Part shown: positions 18,738-26,497 of the stretch, in pieces
How the letters are laid out: each line of letters opens with the position of its first letter
How positions within the stretch are numbered: position 1 is the first letter of the stretch
Origin: Candidatus Saccharibacteria bacterium UBA6824
GTDB taxonomy: Bacteria > Patescibacteriota > Saccharimonadia > Saccharimonadales > UBA10212
Direction of reading: 5' to 3'
Length of the DNA: 64,000 nt
Assembly: GCA_002452155.1 (NCBI GenBank)
Contig: DKEK01000006.1
Span: 22,532 to 86,531, forward strand
Notes under the pieces: model-generated
Told to the model about the DNA's origin: nothing
The model's input: only the letters and a program-made list of their open reading frames with translations
The model's database searches: none
Program-made: the position numbers and the translations under genes

Positions 18738-18760
18738 TTTGCTAGAATAGAACATAGATT

Positions 18761-18841
18761 ATGAGCAAGAAACTATTCAAACGACTAATTAAGCGAGCGT
18801 CGCAGCCCATTCCAAAAGAACAGGACAAACAGCTACCTTAA
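18761..18841 (+). CDS. possible 26-aa basic peptide (MSKKLFKRLIKRASQPIPKEQDKQLP) inside the element
   Basis: Hand-translated ORF. An extended -10 TGCTAGAAT (18740-18748) lies 12 nt upstream. It could equally be a decayed gene remnant. Confidence 0.2.
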   Translation: MSKKLFKRLIKRASQPIPKEQDKQLP

Positions 18842-18877
18842 TTCAATCTGTTTACTTGCTATGAAGGGATAGTCGCC

Positions 18878-18886
18878 AATTCTTTG
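18878..18886. repeat. target-site duplication AATTCTTTG (right copy)
   Basis: Identical to 17315-17323. Confidence 0.8.
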
Positions 18887-18889
18887 CCC

Positions 18890-18918
18890 TTGAAAAATAA
18901 GCTTTATAGTTTTATAAT
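18890..18918 (+). promoter_or_regulatory. near-consensus promoter TTGAAA-17-TATAAT
   Basis: Hexamers at 18890-18895 and 18913-18918 with an exact 17-nt spacer, ~60 nt upstream of the 18981 ATG. Confidence 0.7.
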
Positions 18919-18980
18919 AGCGACATCGTCAACGTGGTGTAAGGGCCAGGTTGGCCCGCACCTTCACCTGAGGAGGAGAC

Positions 18981-19292
18981 ATGATTCTCTTTGACTGGAG
19001 CTACACCTTCAGTTTTCCCTCCGAGCTGCTCTTGGTGGTGCCGCTGGCCATCGCCGGCGTCGTCATGATCTACGGGGCGCACTACCGGTATGTCCATCGT
19101 TCGAAGAAGGTGACCTGGCGAATGATGATGTTCTGGGGCTTCGGGCTTCTGGGCATGGCAGCCTACGCCGGGCTACTCATTCCTTGGCCGCACATGCACC
19201 ACGACCAGTTGATCGCTTTCAGTTGTGTCGCCGGAGCGGCGGCGCTCGGGCTGCTGGTCGACCACTTTGTCCACCCGCCACGCCGGTACTGA
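18981..19292 (+). CDS. small membrane protein (3 predicted TM segments), unknown function
   Basis: 103 aa, strong SD GAGGAGGAG, hydrophobic segments, GC-rich codon usage. Confidence 0.6.
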   Translation: MILFDWSYTFSFPSELLLVVPLAIAGVVMIYGAHYRYVHRSKKVTWRMMMFWGFGLLGMAAYAGLLIPWPHMHHDQLIAFSCVAGAAALGLLVDHFVHPPRRY

Positions 19293-19335
19293 TCCCCTAC
19301 GGCGTCTGGCCCTTCTAGACCGGAAGGAACACAAG

Positions 19336-19524
19336 ATGACGACAATGACCTGGCTGCAGTGTGGCGGGTTCTTTCTGGCCTGGGGCTGGATGGGCTGGCG
19401 GCTGCGGAAAGCCGCTCCGCATGGTAGCTGGCTGAGTTCTTCCGCCCTAGCCGGAACCATGGCTTCGTGGGGAGTGACGGTTTACTCGCTACTGGCGGCG
19501 GCCAGTCTTTACGCCAACAACTAG
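19336..19524 (+). CDS. small membrane protein (62 aa), unknown function
   Basis: In-frame ATG within track ORF 19225-19524, preceded by GGAAGGAA. Trp/Gly-rich hydrophobic sequence. Confidence 0.45.
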   Translation: MTTMTWLQCGGFFLAWGWMGWRLRKAAPHGSWLSSSALAGTMASWGVTVYSLLAAASLYANN

Positions 19525-19541
19525 CGAAAGGAGCCAAGAAA

Positions 19542-19649
19542 GTGAAGAAAGCATACCTGAAAGGCTGTATTACGGGCGTGGCAGTGATGGCGGTCATCCG
19601 TATCTTTCGGATGCATATGACTGACTACCTGCGGAGCGGACAGGCATGA
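19542..19649 (+). CDS. small membrane peptide (35 aa, GTG start), unknown function
   Basis: GTG preceded by AAAGGAG. One hydrophobic segment (CITGVAVMAVIRIF). Confidence 0.35.
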   Translation: MKKAYLKGCITGVAVMAVIRIFRMHMTDYLRSGQA

Positions 19650-19690
19650 AGAATCTTCTCTGGGGATGCGCAACCGCGCATTCCCATCAC

Positions 19691-19732
19691 GGCGGGAGCT
19701 TGAGTGGTTCGCCCACTCGTCCCGCCTTTTTT
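19691..19732 (+). terminator. rho-independent terminator
   Basis: GC-rich interrupted stem GGCGGGA..GAGTGG/CCACTC..TCCCGCC followed by TTTTTT (19727-19732). Confidence 0.7.
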
Positions 19733-19755
19733 AATAACCAAAAATACTTGACTTG

Positions 19756-20220
19756 TTAAGTAATTTCACCGAGTGCCATGCGGCTCAGCCGCCGCACCAT
19801 TATATTCTCGCCCAGCTTGGCGCCGTATTGTTTGACATAGTCGCCCACCATAATTTCGGGATTCTTGACGAACGGCTGGTCTAAAAGTGCCTTAACGTCC
19901 GCCGGTTCCGCAGCAGCAATGTGTAGGGTTAAGTCTTTGACAAGCTCTTTGAACTCATCGGTTTTGGCCACAAAATCGGTTTCGCAATTAACTTCAATAA
20001 TAACGCCGATGCGCCCGTCATGTGAGTAAGTGCCGATCAGCCCCGCTCTAGCCTCACGCTCAGCCCGTTTCTCGGCCTTGGTCAGGCCCTTTTGGCGCAT
20101 GGCGGCTAGCGCTTTATCAAAATCACCGCCGGACTCTACTAAAGCGGCCTTAGCGTCGGTGATGCCTACGCCTGTCAGTTCGCGCAGTCGCTTGACGTTT
20201 TCTATATCAATATCTGCCAT
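19756..20220 (-). CDS. tsf: translation elongation factor Ts (short form)
   Basis: 154 aa with an N-terminal UBA-like domain (VKRLRELTGVGITDAKAAL) and a position downstream of rpsB. Shorter than typical EF-Ts. Confidence 0.88.
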   Translation of the reverse strand: MADIDIENVKRLRELTGVGITDAKAALVESGGDFDKALAAMRQKGLTKAEKRAEREARAGLIGTYSHDGRIGVIIEVNCETDFVAKTDEFKELVKDLTLHIAAAEPADVKALLDQPFVKNPEIMVGDYVKQYGAKLGENIMVRRLSRMALGEIT

Positions 20221-20224
20221 ATTT

Positions 20225-21046
20225 CTAGCCTATACCTTTTACCGGCCCGGTTACAGTCTCTTTCTCTGTCTTCTGTCCTTTGTCATCCGTCTTCTGGCTA
20301 GCGGCGGCGATTTTGGCAGCGGCGGCTTCCGGCTTTTCGTCGGTCGCCACTTTTTTAATCTTGGCTTGCCCATCTGTTATAGCCTGCTTGACATATTCCA
20401 GCACCAAATCAATGGTTTTAGTAGCGTCGTCGTTACACGGAATTGGATATTCAGCAATCGACGGATCGACATTGGTATCGGCCAGCCCGACGACCGGCAC
20501 TCCCAGCTTGTGGGCTTCACGGACGGCAATAACGTCGTTTTGCATATCAACTACAAAAACAGCACCCAGCTTGGCGTGCATGTCTTTGATACCGCCGTAT
20601 AGGTGGTTCATCTCTTCGATTTCTTCCGCAAAACGCTGGACTTCCAGCTTGGAATAGCGGTTTTCCAGTTCGCCATTGGCCATCCGGTTTTCTAAGTCCA
20701 CCAGGTGCTTTATGCGGCCGTTAATGGTATTGAAGTTGGTCAGCATACCGCCCAGCCAACGCTCGGTAACGTAAGGCATTTTGGTGGCCTCGGCCACCTC
20801 TTTGACTTTATCTTTGGCTTGGCGCTTGGTGCTAACCAGCAGGATTTGCTTGCCCTCGGCAGCTATTTTGCTCAAAAACTCGAGAGCCGTGTCTAGGGCG
20901 TCGACAGTCTTGGTTAGATCGATAATATGGTTGCCGTCCCGTTTGCTATGGATAAACGGCGCCATTTTGGGGTGCCAACGGCTGGTTTGGTGGCCAAAGT
21001 GGGCCCCGGCTTCTAGTAGTTCTTTAATATCCACGGACAATGCCAT
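20225..21046 (-). CDS. rpsB: 30S ribosomal protein S2
   Basis: 273 aa with S2 signature regions (LLEAGAHFGHQTSRWHPKM) and an acidic/Lys-rich C-terminal extension. Confidence 0.95.
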   Translation of the reverse strand: MALSVDIKELLEAGAHFGHQTSRWHPKMAPFIHSKRDGNHIIDLTKTVDALDTALEFLSKIAAEGKQILLVSTKRQAKDKVKEVAEATKMPYVTERWLGGMLTNFNTINGRIKHLVDLENRMANGELENRYSKLEVQRFAEEIEEMNHLYGGIKDMHAKLGAVFVVDMQNDVIAVREAHKLGVPVVGLADTNVDPSIAEYPIPCNDDATKTIDLVLEYVKQAITDGQAKIKKVATDEKPEAAAAKIAAASQKTDDKGQKTEKETVTGPVKGIG

Positions 21047-21217
21047 GTATTTTAATCCTTCCTCACCGTTTGGGATTAGCCCGCCAGATTCTACATGAAT
21101 GTTGGCTAGGAGGATTTTCTCCCAAACTGCTTAATTTTTACTTGCTTATTGTACCCCTGTTAGCTACGCTTTGCAATAGTGGAGATTGTTGTTAATTCAT
21201 CCCTTTTATGTTAAAGT

Positions 21218-21463
21218 ATGCAGATGAAAAAGCTGAGATACGAATATGTAGAGGGCCTAACGGTGGCGGCAGCTGGTGCATATGAAATTTTAGATGGCCA
21301 GTATAATCCTGATGTCGTTTTTTGGGAGGCGGCGCTAGAAAATAATAGGGTTCAAGATCCCGGTGAATTGATTGTGGCTATTATTGCAGAGTGTGGCCTG
21401 CAAAGATACCTCGAAATACGTGATAGAATTGCCGCCGAAGAAGTTCTCACAAAAGCAGCTTAA
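21218..21463 (+). CDS. hypothetical protein
   Basis: 81-aa ORF with no recognisable motif. An alternative leaderless-type start exists at 21224. Confidence 0.4.
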   Translation: MQMKKLRYEYVEGLTVAAAGAYEILDGQYNPDVVFWEAALENNRVQDPGELIVAIIAECGLQRYLEIRDRIAAEEVLTKAA

Positions 21464-21467
21464 AGTG

Positions 21468-21496
21468 TTGACCCAACAGATTAAGAACGCTATACT
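21468..21496 (+). promoter_or_regulatory. promoter TTGACC-17-TATACT for rpmE
   Basis: Hexamers at 21468-21473 and 21491-21496. The ATG lies 9 nt after the -10. Confidence 0.65.
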
Positions 21497-21505
21497 AATC
21501 CAGTT

Positions 21506-21871
21506 ATGAAAACCGATATCCACGCTAAAAACTACCGGCCGGTTGTCTTTCAGGACCTGAACGACAGTACTACTATTTTGACTCGCTCGACCATCGAGAC
21601 CGAAGAAACTACAACCCTTGACGGCGTTGAATATCCCCTAGTTAAAGTCCATATTTCTTCCAGCTCGCACCCCTTTTTCACTGGTGAAGAGCGAATTGTA
21701 GATATCGAAGGCCGGGTAGATAAATTTAAGGCTCGCGCCGAGGCCGCCCAAAAAGCCAAGGCCGAAAAGGTCGCCAAAGCAGCTAAGAGTCCCAAGGCCA
21801 AGAAAGCTGCCAAGGAGCAGTCGCAGAAACTAGGCGCCGAAGCGCCGGCAGCCCAACCTGCTGAACAATAA
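21506..21871 (+). CDS. rpmE: 50S ribosomal protein L31 (type B, no zinc cysteines) with Ala/Lys-rich C-terminal tail
   Basis: The N-terminal 80 aa match L31 (YRPVVFQD..., [10 protein letters not shown]). They are followed by ~40 aa of AKKA-type low-complexity sequence. Confidence 0.88.
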   Translation: MKTDIHAKNYRPVVFQDLNDSTTILTRSTIETEETTTLDGVEYPLVKVHISSSSHPFFTGEERIVDIEGRVDKFKARAEAAQKAKAEKVAKAAKSPKAKKAAKEQSQKLGAEAPAAQPAEQ

Positions 21872-21936
21872 TTAAAGTTTCTTAAAAACCTGCGAATATA
21901 TCTGTTTCGCGGCGTTTTTTATATACTGGAGCTACG

Positions 21937-22992
21937 ATGGATGAGCAAGAGCAAAGTTTACGCCGGGAATACGAGCAGCTGCAGGCCAAACTGCGCGATC
22001 CTTCTGTTTATTCAAGCCCGGAGTACCCTAAAATAGCCAAACGTCAGAGCCAAATAGAAAGTACCCTGGCCCTGTTTGATGATCTCAAACAGATTAAGGA
22101 CCGTGAGGCCAGCGCCCAAAAGATGGTGGACGATGGTGGCGAACTGTCCGAACTGGCAGCCGAGGAACTGGAAGAGCTGCGTGTCCAGAGATTAACGGCC
22201 GAGCAGACCCTTAATGAGGCCCTGATGCCAAAGGATCCCAATGACGAGCGTGACGCCATCATAGAAATCCGGGCAGCCGCCGGCGGCGACGAAGCTAGTT
22301 TGTTCGCCGGCGACCTGTACCGCATGTACGCCCGCTTCAGCGAAACCCATAACTACAAGGTTGAACTCATTAGTGAGAGCCCGAGCGAAGCCGGCGGCTT
22401 TAAAGAAATCATTTTCATGATTCATGGCCCCGACGCCTATAAAACGCTTAAATATGAAGCCGGCGTCCACCGCGTGCAGCGTGTGCCGAGCACCGAAAGC
22501 CAGGGGCGAATCCACACCAGCACCGTAACTGTGGCCGTACTGCCCGAAGCCGAAGAAGCCGATGTGCAGATAAAACCCGAGGATATCCGGATCGATATTT
22601 TCCGCAGCAGCGGACCCGGCGGCCAATCTGTTAACACCACCGATTCGGCGGTGCGGATTACCCACCTGCCCAGTGGCTTAGTGGTGACCCAGCAAGACGA
22701 AAAAAGCCAAATAAAAAATAAAGCCAAAGCTATGAGCGTCCTGCGGGCCCGCCTGCTCCAGCATAAAATTGATGAAGAACAGAAACAGTTGGGCGACGCT
22801 AGGCGGGCGCTGATTGGTAGCGGCGACCGCAGTGAAAAAATTCGGACTTATAATTTCCCCCAGGACCGCATCACCGACCACCGAATCGGCTATTCCCGCA
22901 GCAATCTGCCCGGCGCCCTAAACGGCGAAATCGACGATCTGATTGAACAATTGCAGAGCTTTGAGCGCCAACTCCTTCAAAATGACAAATAA
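21937..22992 (+). CDS. prfA: peptide chain release factor 1
   Basis: 351 aa with a GGQ motif ([10 protein letters not shown]) and a PST tripeptide in the codon-recognition region. Confidence 0.92.
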   Translation: MDEQEQSLRREYEQLQAKLRDPSVYSSPEYPKIAKRQSQIESTLALFDDLKQIKDREASAQKMVDDGGELSELAAEELEELRVQRLTAEQTLNEALMPKDPNDERDAIIEIRAAAGGDEASLFAGDLYRMYARFSETHNYKVELISESPSEAGGFKEIIFMIHGPDAYKTLKYEAGVHRVQRVPSTESQGRIHTSTVTVAVLPEAEEADVQIKPEDIRIDIFRSSGPGGQSVNTTDSAVRITHLPSGLVVTQQDEKSQIKNKAKAMSVLRARLLQHKIDEEQKQLGDARRALIGSGDRSEKIRTYNFPQDRITDHRIGYSRSNLPGALNGEIDDLIEQLQSFERQLLQNDK

Positions 22993-23806
22993 TCAGTGGC
23001 TGAAACAGGCTACTAACAACTTAAAGAAGGCAGATATCGGCAGCGCTCGCTTGGACGCCCTTATCCTTTTGGAGGACGAGATTGACCAAGACAGGGCTTG
23101 GATTTTGGCCCATCCGCAGGTCCAGATAAAACAAGAACAGCTTAGAAAATTGAACAAAAAAGTTGTTCGACGAAAGACTCACGAACCGTTAGCCTACATT
23201 CGCGGCTTTAGCCAGTTTTATGGCCGGAAATTTAGGGTTAATAAACGAGTTTTAGAGCCCCGCCCGGAGTCCGAGACCATGATTGACCTCCTGAAGGAGG
23301 TAGTCGAGAGTGGAGAGTGGAGAGCGAAGAATAAAATATCCATAGCTGATGTTGGGACTGGGAGTGGCGCGCTGGGCATTACGTCTGCCCTCGAACTGCA
23401 CGATCACAATGTCGATCTTTACGATATCGATGCCAGTTGCTTGGCTGTGGCCAGGCACAACTGCGCTCTGCATGAGCTCCACCTGCACTGTTATAAACGC
23501 GACCTGCTCAACCGCCCAGTTCGCAACTACGAAGTCATTTTAGCCAATCTACCCTACGTGCCAAACCGTTGGAAAATCAACCAGGCGGCGGCGATGGAGC
23601 CGCGGATAGCCATTTTTGGCGGAAAAGACGGCTTGGATCTGTACCGACGCCTGTTTGAACAGCTAAAAAAGCTGCCTTGGCAGCCAAAGTATATATTGAC
23701 CGAGTCCTTGCCGCCCCAACACCAGCAGCTGGCCAAGATAGCCAAAGACGGGGATTATAAATTAGCCAAAACCGAAGATTTTATCCAGCTGTTTGAGAGA
23801 TCTTGA
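22982..23806 (+). CDS. prmC: release-factor glutamine N5-methyltransferase
   Basis: SAM-binding DVGTGSGA and NLPY (NPPY-type) motifs. The start is placed at MTNNQWL (22982), overlapping the prfA end. The track ORF begins at 22943. Confidence 0.85.
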   Translation: MTNNQWLKQATNNLKKADIGSARLDALILLEDEIDQDRAWILAHPQVQIKQEQLRKLNKKVVRRKTHEPLAYIRGFSQFYGRKFRVNKRVLEPRPESETMIDLLKEVVESGEWRAKNKISIADVGTGSGALGITSALELHDHNVDLYDIDASCLAVARHNCALHELHLHCYKRDLLNRPVRNYEVILANLPYVPNRWKINQAAAMEPRIAIFGGKDGLDLYRRLFEQLKKLPWQPKYILTESLPPQHQQLAKIAKDGDYKLAKTEDFIQLFERS

Positions 23807-23875
23807 GCTTAACAATTTTATAAACCCAGCAGTGCCGGTTTTACAAAATTGAGAGGAGTGGCCAAGATAAACTAA

Positions 23876-26311
23876 CTAAGGTATACCAACGACGGTCGGG
23901 GTCCGGGCACTGGTGCCGGAGTTCATTGCGGGAGTGGTCGGCGGCACGGGAGAAGCGGTGTCTTGGAAGCCAGAGAAGCCAGCCGCCGGCAAGCCATTGC
24001 TTGGGGTCGTCCCCTGGATCTGGGTGGTGTTTGAGGCGACACCGACCGCGATCCAGTCGCCGGTGTTGATCCGGACCGCGGCGTTGAGCGCGACTTGGTT
24101 GAAGTTGTTAGCGTTGGCTGTGGTCGAGACCGAGACCGCCTTTTGCGTGCCCGGCACAGCACTTCGACCCGAGCCGGTGCCAGAGTAGACGGCCACTGCG
24201 ATCTGGTCGGTAGTGCCGGGAGTGGTGGAATCGATCGTGCCAATGTAGACGCCGATCTTTGAGCAGAGACCGCCCCCGGAGGTGACACGCACGTATAAGA
24301 TCCGGTTAGCGGCCCCGAGACTGCTCATAGCGGTGGTCGTTCGGGGATCGACCGCTATCGGCGCCCCGAGGCCTAGCGGGTCACGGTAATCGAGGCGGTA
24401 GAACTGGGCTCCGTTGGTGCCATCAGAGACCTCGCCGGTCAGATTGCCGGCAAAATCGTCGTTGACCGAGCGCACGCTCGTGGCAGTGGCATCGACCCGC
24501 AGGCCATAAGTCTGGAGTTTGGGGCCGCGGGTGTCGTAGCACTTGTTATGCGCCAGAGCGATGTCATTGCAGCCGGGATCGAGAGCGATACCGACCTGGT
24601 TTTGGATACTCCCACCATTGGCGGTGTTGTTGTCGATGCAGTCGTTACCGCGGATCCGGCCAACCGTCGGGGCTATGCCGCCGCTGGCCTCTAGGTAGAT
24701 CCCCGAGCGACCAAAGCCACGGACGGTGTTGTCGGTGATGTCAAAGTCGATAATCCTTCCGCTCGCCCGGATGCCGTAGGACGAGGTGGTGGTCAGTTGG
24801 CCATCTACTTGGTTGCTGCGAATCTGGAGCCGGCGGAGGTAGTTGGTCCCGACCCCCTTGGGGATATATATACCGCTGCCATTGCCGTCGGCGGCCATCA
24901 CCACAGTATTATCGTTGATGGCAAAATCGGTTTCTTCAACATCGAGATTGTTCCCCGCTTCGATCCCGATCCGGCAGTTGGAGATGACATTGTTGGAGAC
25001 CCGGACCATTTCACCGTGGGCCACTATTCCCCGCAGGCTGCCGGATGATGCGACGCCGAACTCGCTCGTCCCATCCTTGCCCCTAATTATATTGTCGGCC
25101 AACAAATACCGATGCGCGTAAATGACCCCCGACCCCGAGCTGTTCTCTGCGGCCACGCCGTGGTCGGAGAAGTCGGAGACGACATTGTTGGTGATCTGCA
25201 GGTCAAAGGCTCCTGGGGAGCCGACCTCAGCGCTAATCGCGCCGAAACAACCCTGGCTCAAATTATGGGCGGCGATCAACCTGAAGGCGTTAAGGCTGCC
25301 AACATAGATATTTTTGTCGGCCTGAACCGTAAGCGTGCCCCCGGTAGCAGCCGACGGGGTGGAGCCTATAGTAGCGGTGAAAGTCGTCGGAGACGGGACG
25401 GAGGCCACGCTTCGGTACCCGTTATAGGCTGGCACACTCACCCCGGTGACCTTGATCGGTTGTCCCACGCTCATCTTGTGGGCCGTCGATGTTGTGAAGG
25501 TGGCGACCCCGCCGCTCGCCGTCGCGGAGCTGATCGCGACGGTGGTCGTATGCTTGATGAAGCAGTGGTCGAAGATCACATCTTCTGTGTCGAGAGATGC
25601 ACCGGCCTGGGCATTGAGGGGGTTGGAGGCGCCCTGCCAGTAGCAGGTGTCGGCGGTGATGAAGGAGAAGCGAACCATGGTGCAAGAGTGGGTAGCAACA
25701 CAGTAATCGCGGCCATTGATGACGAGCAGGTGGTCGTAGTTAACGCCGTCGGTCGCATAGGACTGGATAGCTCCCGGGATCCCCCCGGCTGCCCAGGTCT
25801 GATCGCCGCCGTTGGCGTTGACGGCCAGGTTTTTGATCGCGAAGTTTTTGCGGCGTGGAGGGGTACTGCTTGAGCTGGAATTGCAGCGGATGACGTTGCG
25901 GACGCCGGTGGCGCCCGGCTTGAGGGTGATGACACTGGCCGGTCCTTCGCCGGCGATGGTAACGTTATCGATATCGATGGTGACGGTGCCCGAGATGAGA
26001 TAGTTACCGCGGGGGAAGTAAAGGGTCGCGCCGCCTGCCGGAATGGCGGCAATAGCGCTATTGATCGACGCAATGTCGTCAGTCACCCCGTCGCCTTTGG
26101 CTCCGTAGTCTTTGACGTTGATGACAAGGTCGCCTCTGCCCACGACATTAAGGTTGGTTCTAGCGGTTGGGGCATCAGTCGCTCCAGTACCGCCCTTACC
26201 TACTGAAAGAGTTTTCTGGCTACCGTCTGGGTTATGTTCTTGGTTTAGGAAGTCATTGAGGATGCCTCCCCAGGTGCCATCGTCTGAGCCGGGGGTTGGT
26301 AGTCTAGACAT
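23876..26311 (-). CDS. right-handed parallel beta-helix (tailspike-like) protein, family copy 2
   Basis: 811 aa with N-terminus MSRLPTPGSDDGTWGGILNDFLNQEHNPDG and the entry motif NVKDYGAKGDGVTDDIASIN. GC-rich, with many shadow ORFs. Convergent with prmC. Confidence 0.9.
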   Translation of the reverse strand: MSRLPTPGSDDGTWGGILNDFLNQEHNPDGSQKTLSVGKGGTGATDAPTARTNLNVVGRGDLVINVKDYGAKGDGVTDDIASINSAIAAIPAGGATLYFPRGNYLISGTVTIDIDNVTIAGEGPASVITLKPGATGVRNVIRCNSSSSSTPPRRKNFAIKNLAVNANGGDQTWAAGGIPGAIQSYATDGVNYDHLLVINGRDYCVATHSCTMVRFSFITADTCYWQGASNPLNAQAGASLDTEDVIFDHCFIKHTTTVAISSATASGGVATFTTSTAHKMSVGQPIKVTGVSVPAYNGYRSVASVPSPTTFTATIGSTPSAATGGTLTVQADKNIYVGSLNAFRLIAAHNLSQGCFGAISAEVGSPGAFDLQITNNVVSDFSDHGVAAENSSGSGVIYAHRYLLADNIIRGKDGTSEFGVASSGSLRGIVAHGEMVRVSNNVISNCRIGIEAGNNLDVEETDFAINDNTVVMAADGNGSGIYIPKGVGTNYLRRLQIRSNQVDGQLTTTSSYGIRASGRIIDFDITDNTVRGFGRSGIYLEASGGIAPTVGRIRGNDCIDNNTANGGSIQNQVGIALDPGCNDIALAHNKCYDTRGPKLQTYGLRVDATATSVRSVNDDFAGNLTGEVSDGTNGAQFYRLDYRDPLGLGAPIAVDPRTTTAMSSLGAANRILYVRVTSGGGLCSKIGVYIGTIDSTTPGTTDQIAVAVYSGTGSGRSAVPGTQKAVSVSTTANANNFNQVALNAAVRINTGDWIAVGVASNTTQIQGTTPSNGLPAAGFSGFQDTASPVPPTTPAMNSGTSARTPTVVGIP

Positions 26312-26426
26312 AGTCTAAGCTCCCACCTGCGGTGCTGGTAAAGTTCTCTCTCTCTCTCTCTCTCTGGATTTTAGACATAGCTGTTGGTTTTTACCTTCCT
26401 CATGGTGCTTGAGGTTATTGTAGCAT
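26312..26426 (-). promoter_or_regulatory. promoter (TGCTACAAT, 26417-26425) and leader of beta-helix copy 2
   Basis: Extended -10 sits 106 nt upstream of the ATG. The 61-nt block 26366-26426 matches 43742-43802 with 2 mismatches. Confidence 0.65.
26345..26365 (-). repeat. (GA)10 dinucleotide repeat in the 5' leader of beta-helix copy 2
   Basis: Perfect TC x10 on the plus strand, 34-54 nt upstream of the ATG at 26311. Confidence 0.95.
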
Positions 26427-26497
26427 GTATTATTAAAAGCCACAGGTTTTAGGTTTTAGTTTCTAGGCGACAGGTTCTATTCCCTAGCACCTGTAGC

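Larger units (their letters stand above)
17324..18877. mobile_element. 1554-bp non-autonomous TIR element carrying the GHKL + STAS gene pair
   Basis: The 26-bp ends GGCGACTATCCCATGACAGCAAGTAA (17324-17349) and TTACTTGCTATGAAGGGATAGTCGCC (18852-18877) are inverted repeats matching at 23/26. They are flanked by a perfect 9-bp direct repeat. No transposase ORF lies inside. Confidence 0.75.

Noticed and set aside
25112-25873. 253-aa plus-strand ORF, together with about ten further ORFs of 60-165 aa in other frames, inside beta-helix gene 2
   Set aside because: All lie within a GC-rich gene that has clear domain content in the minus-strand frame. The alternative frames give Arg/Gly/Ala/Pro-rich low-complexity products typical of shadow ORFs.
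23807-26497. Search for duplicated flanking-gene ends or TIR/TSD around beta-helix cassettes 1 and 2, as found for cassette 3 and the GHKL element
   Set aside because: By-eye comparison of 13972-14169 with 16705-16733, and of 23807-23875 with 26427-26497, found no repeats. A computational alignment could still reveal short ones.
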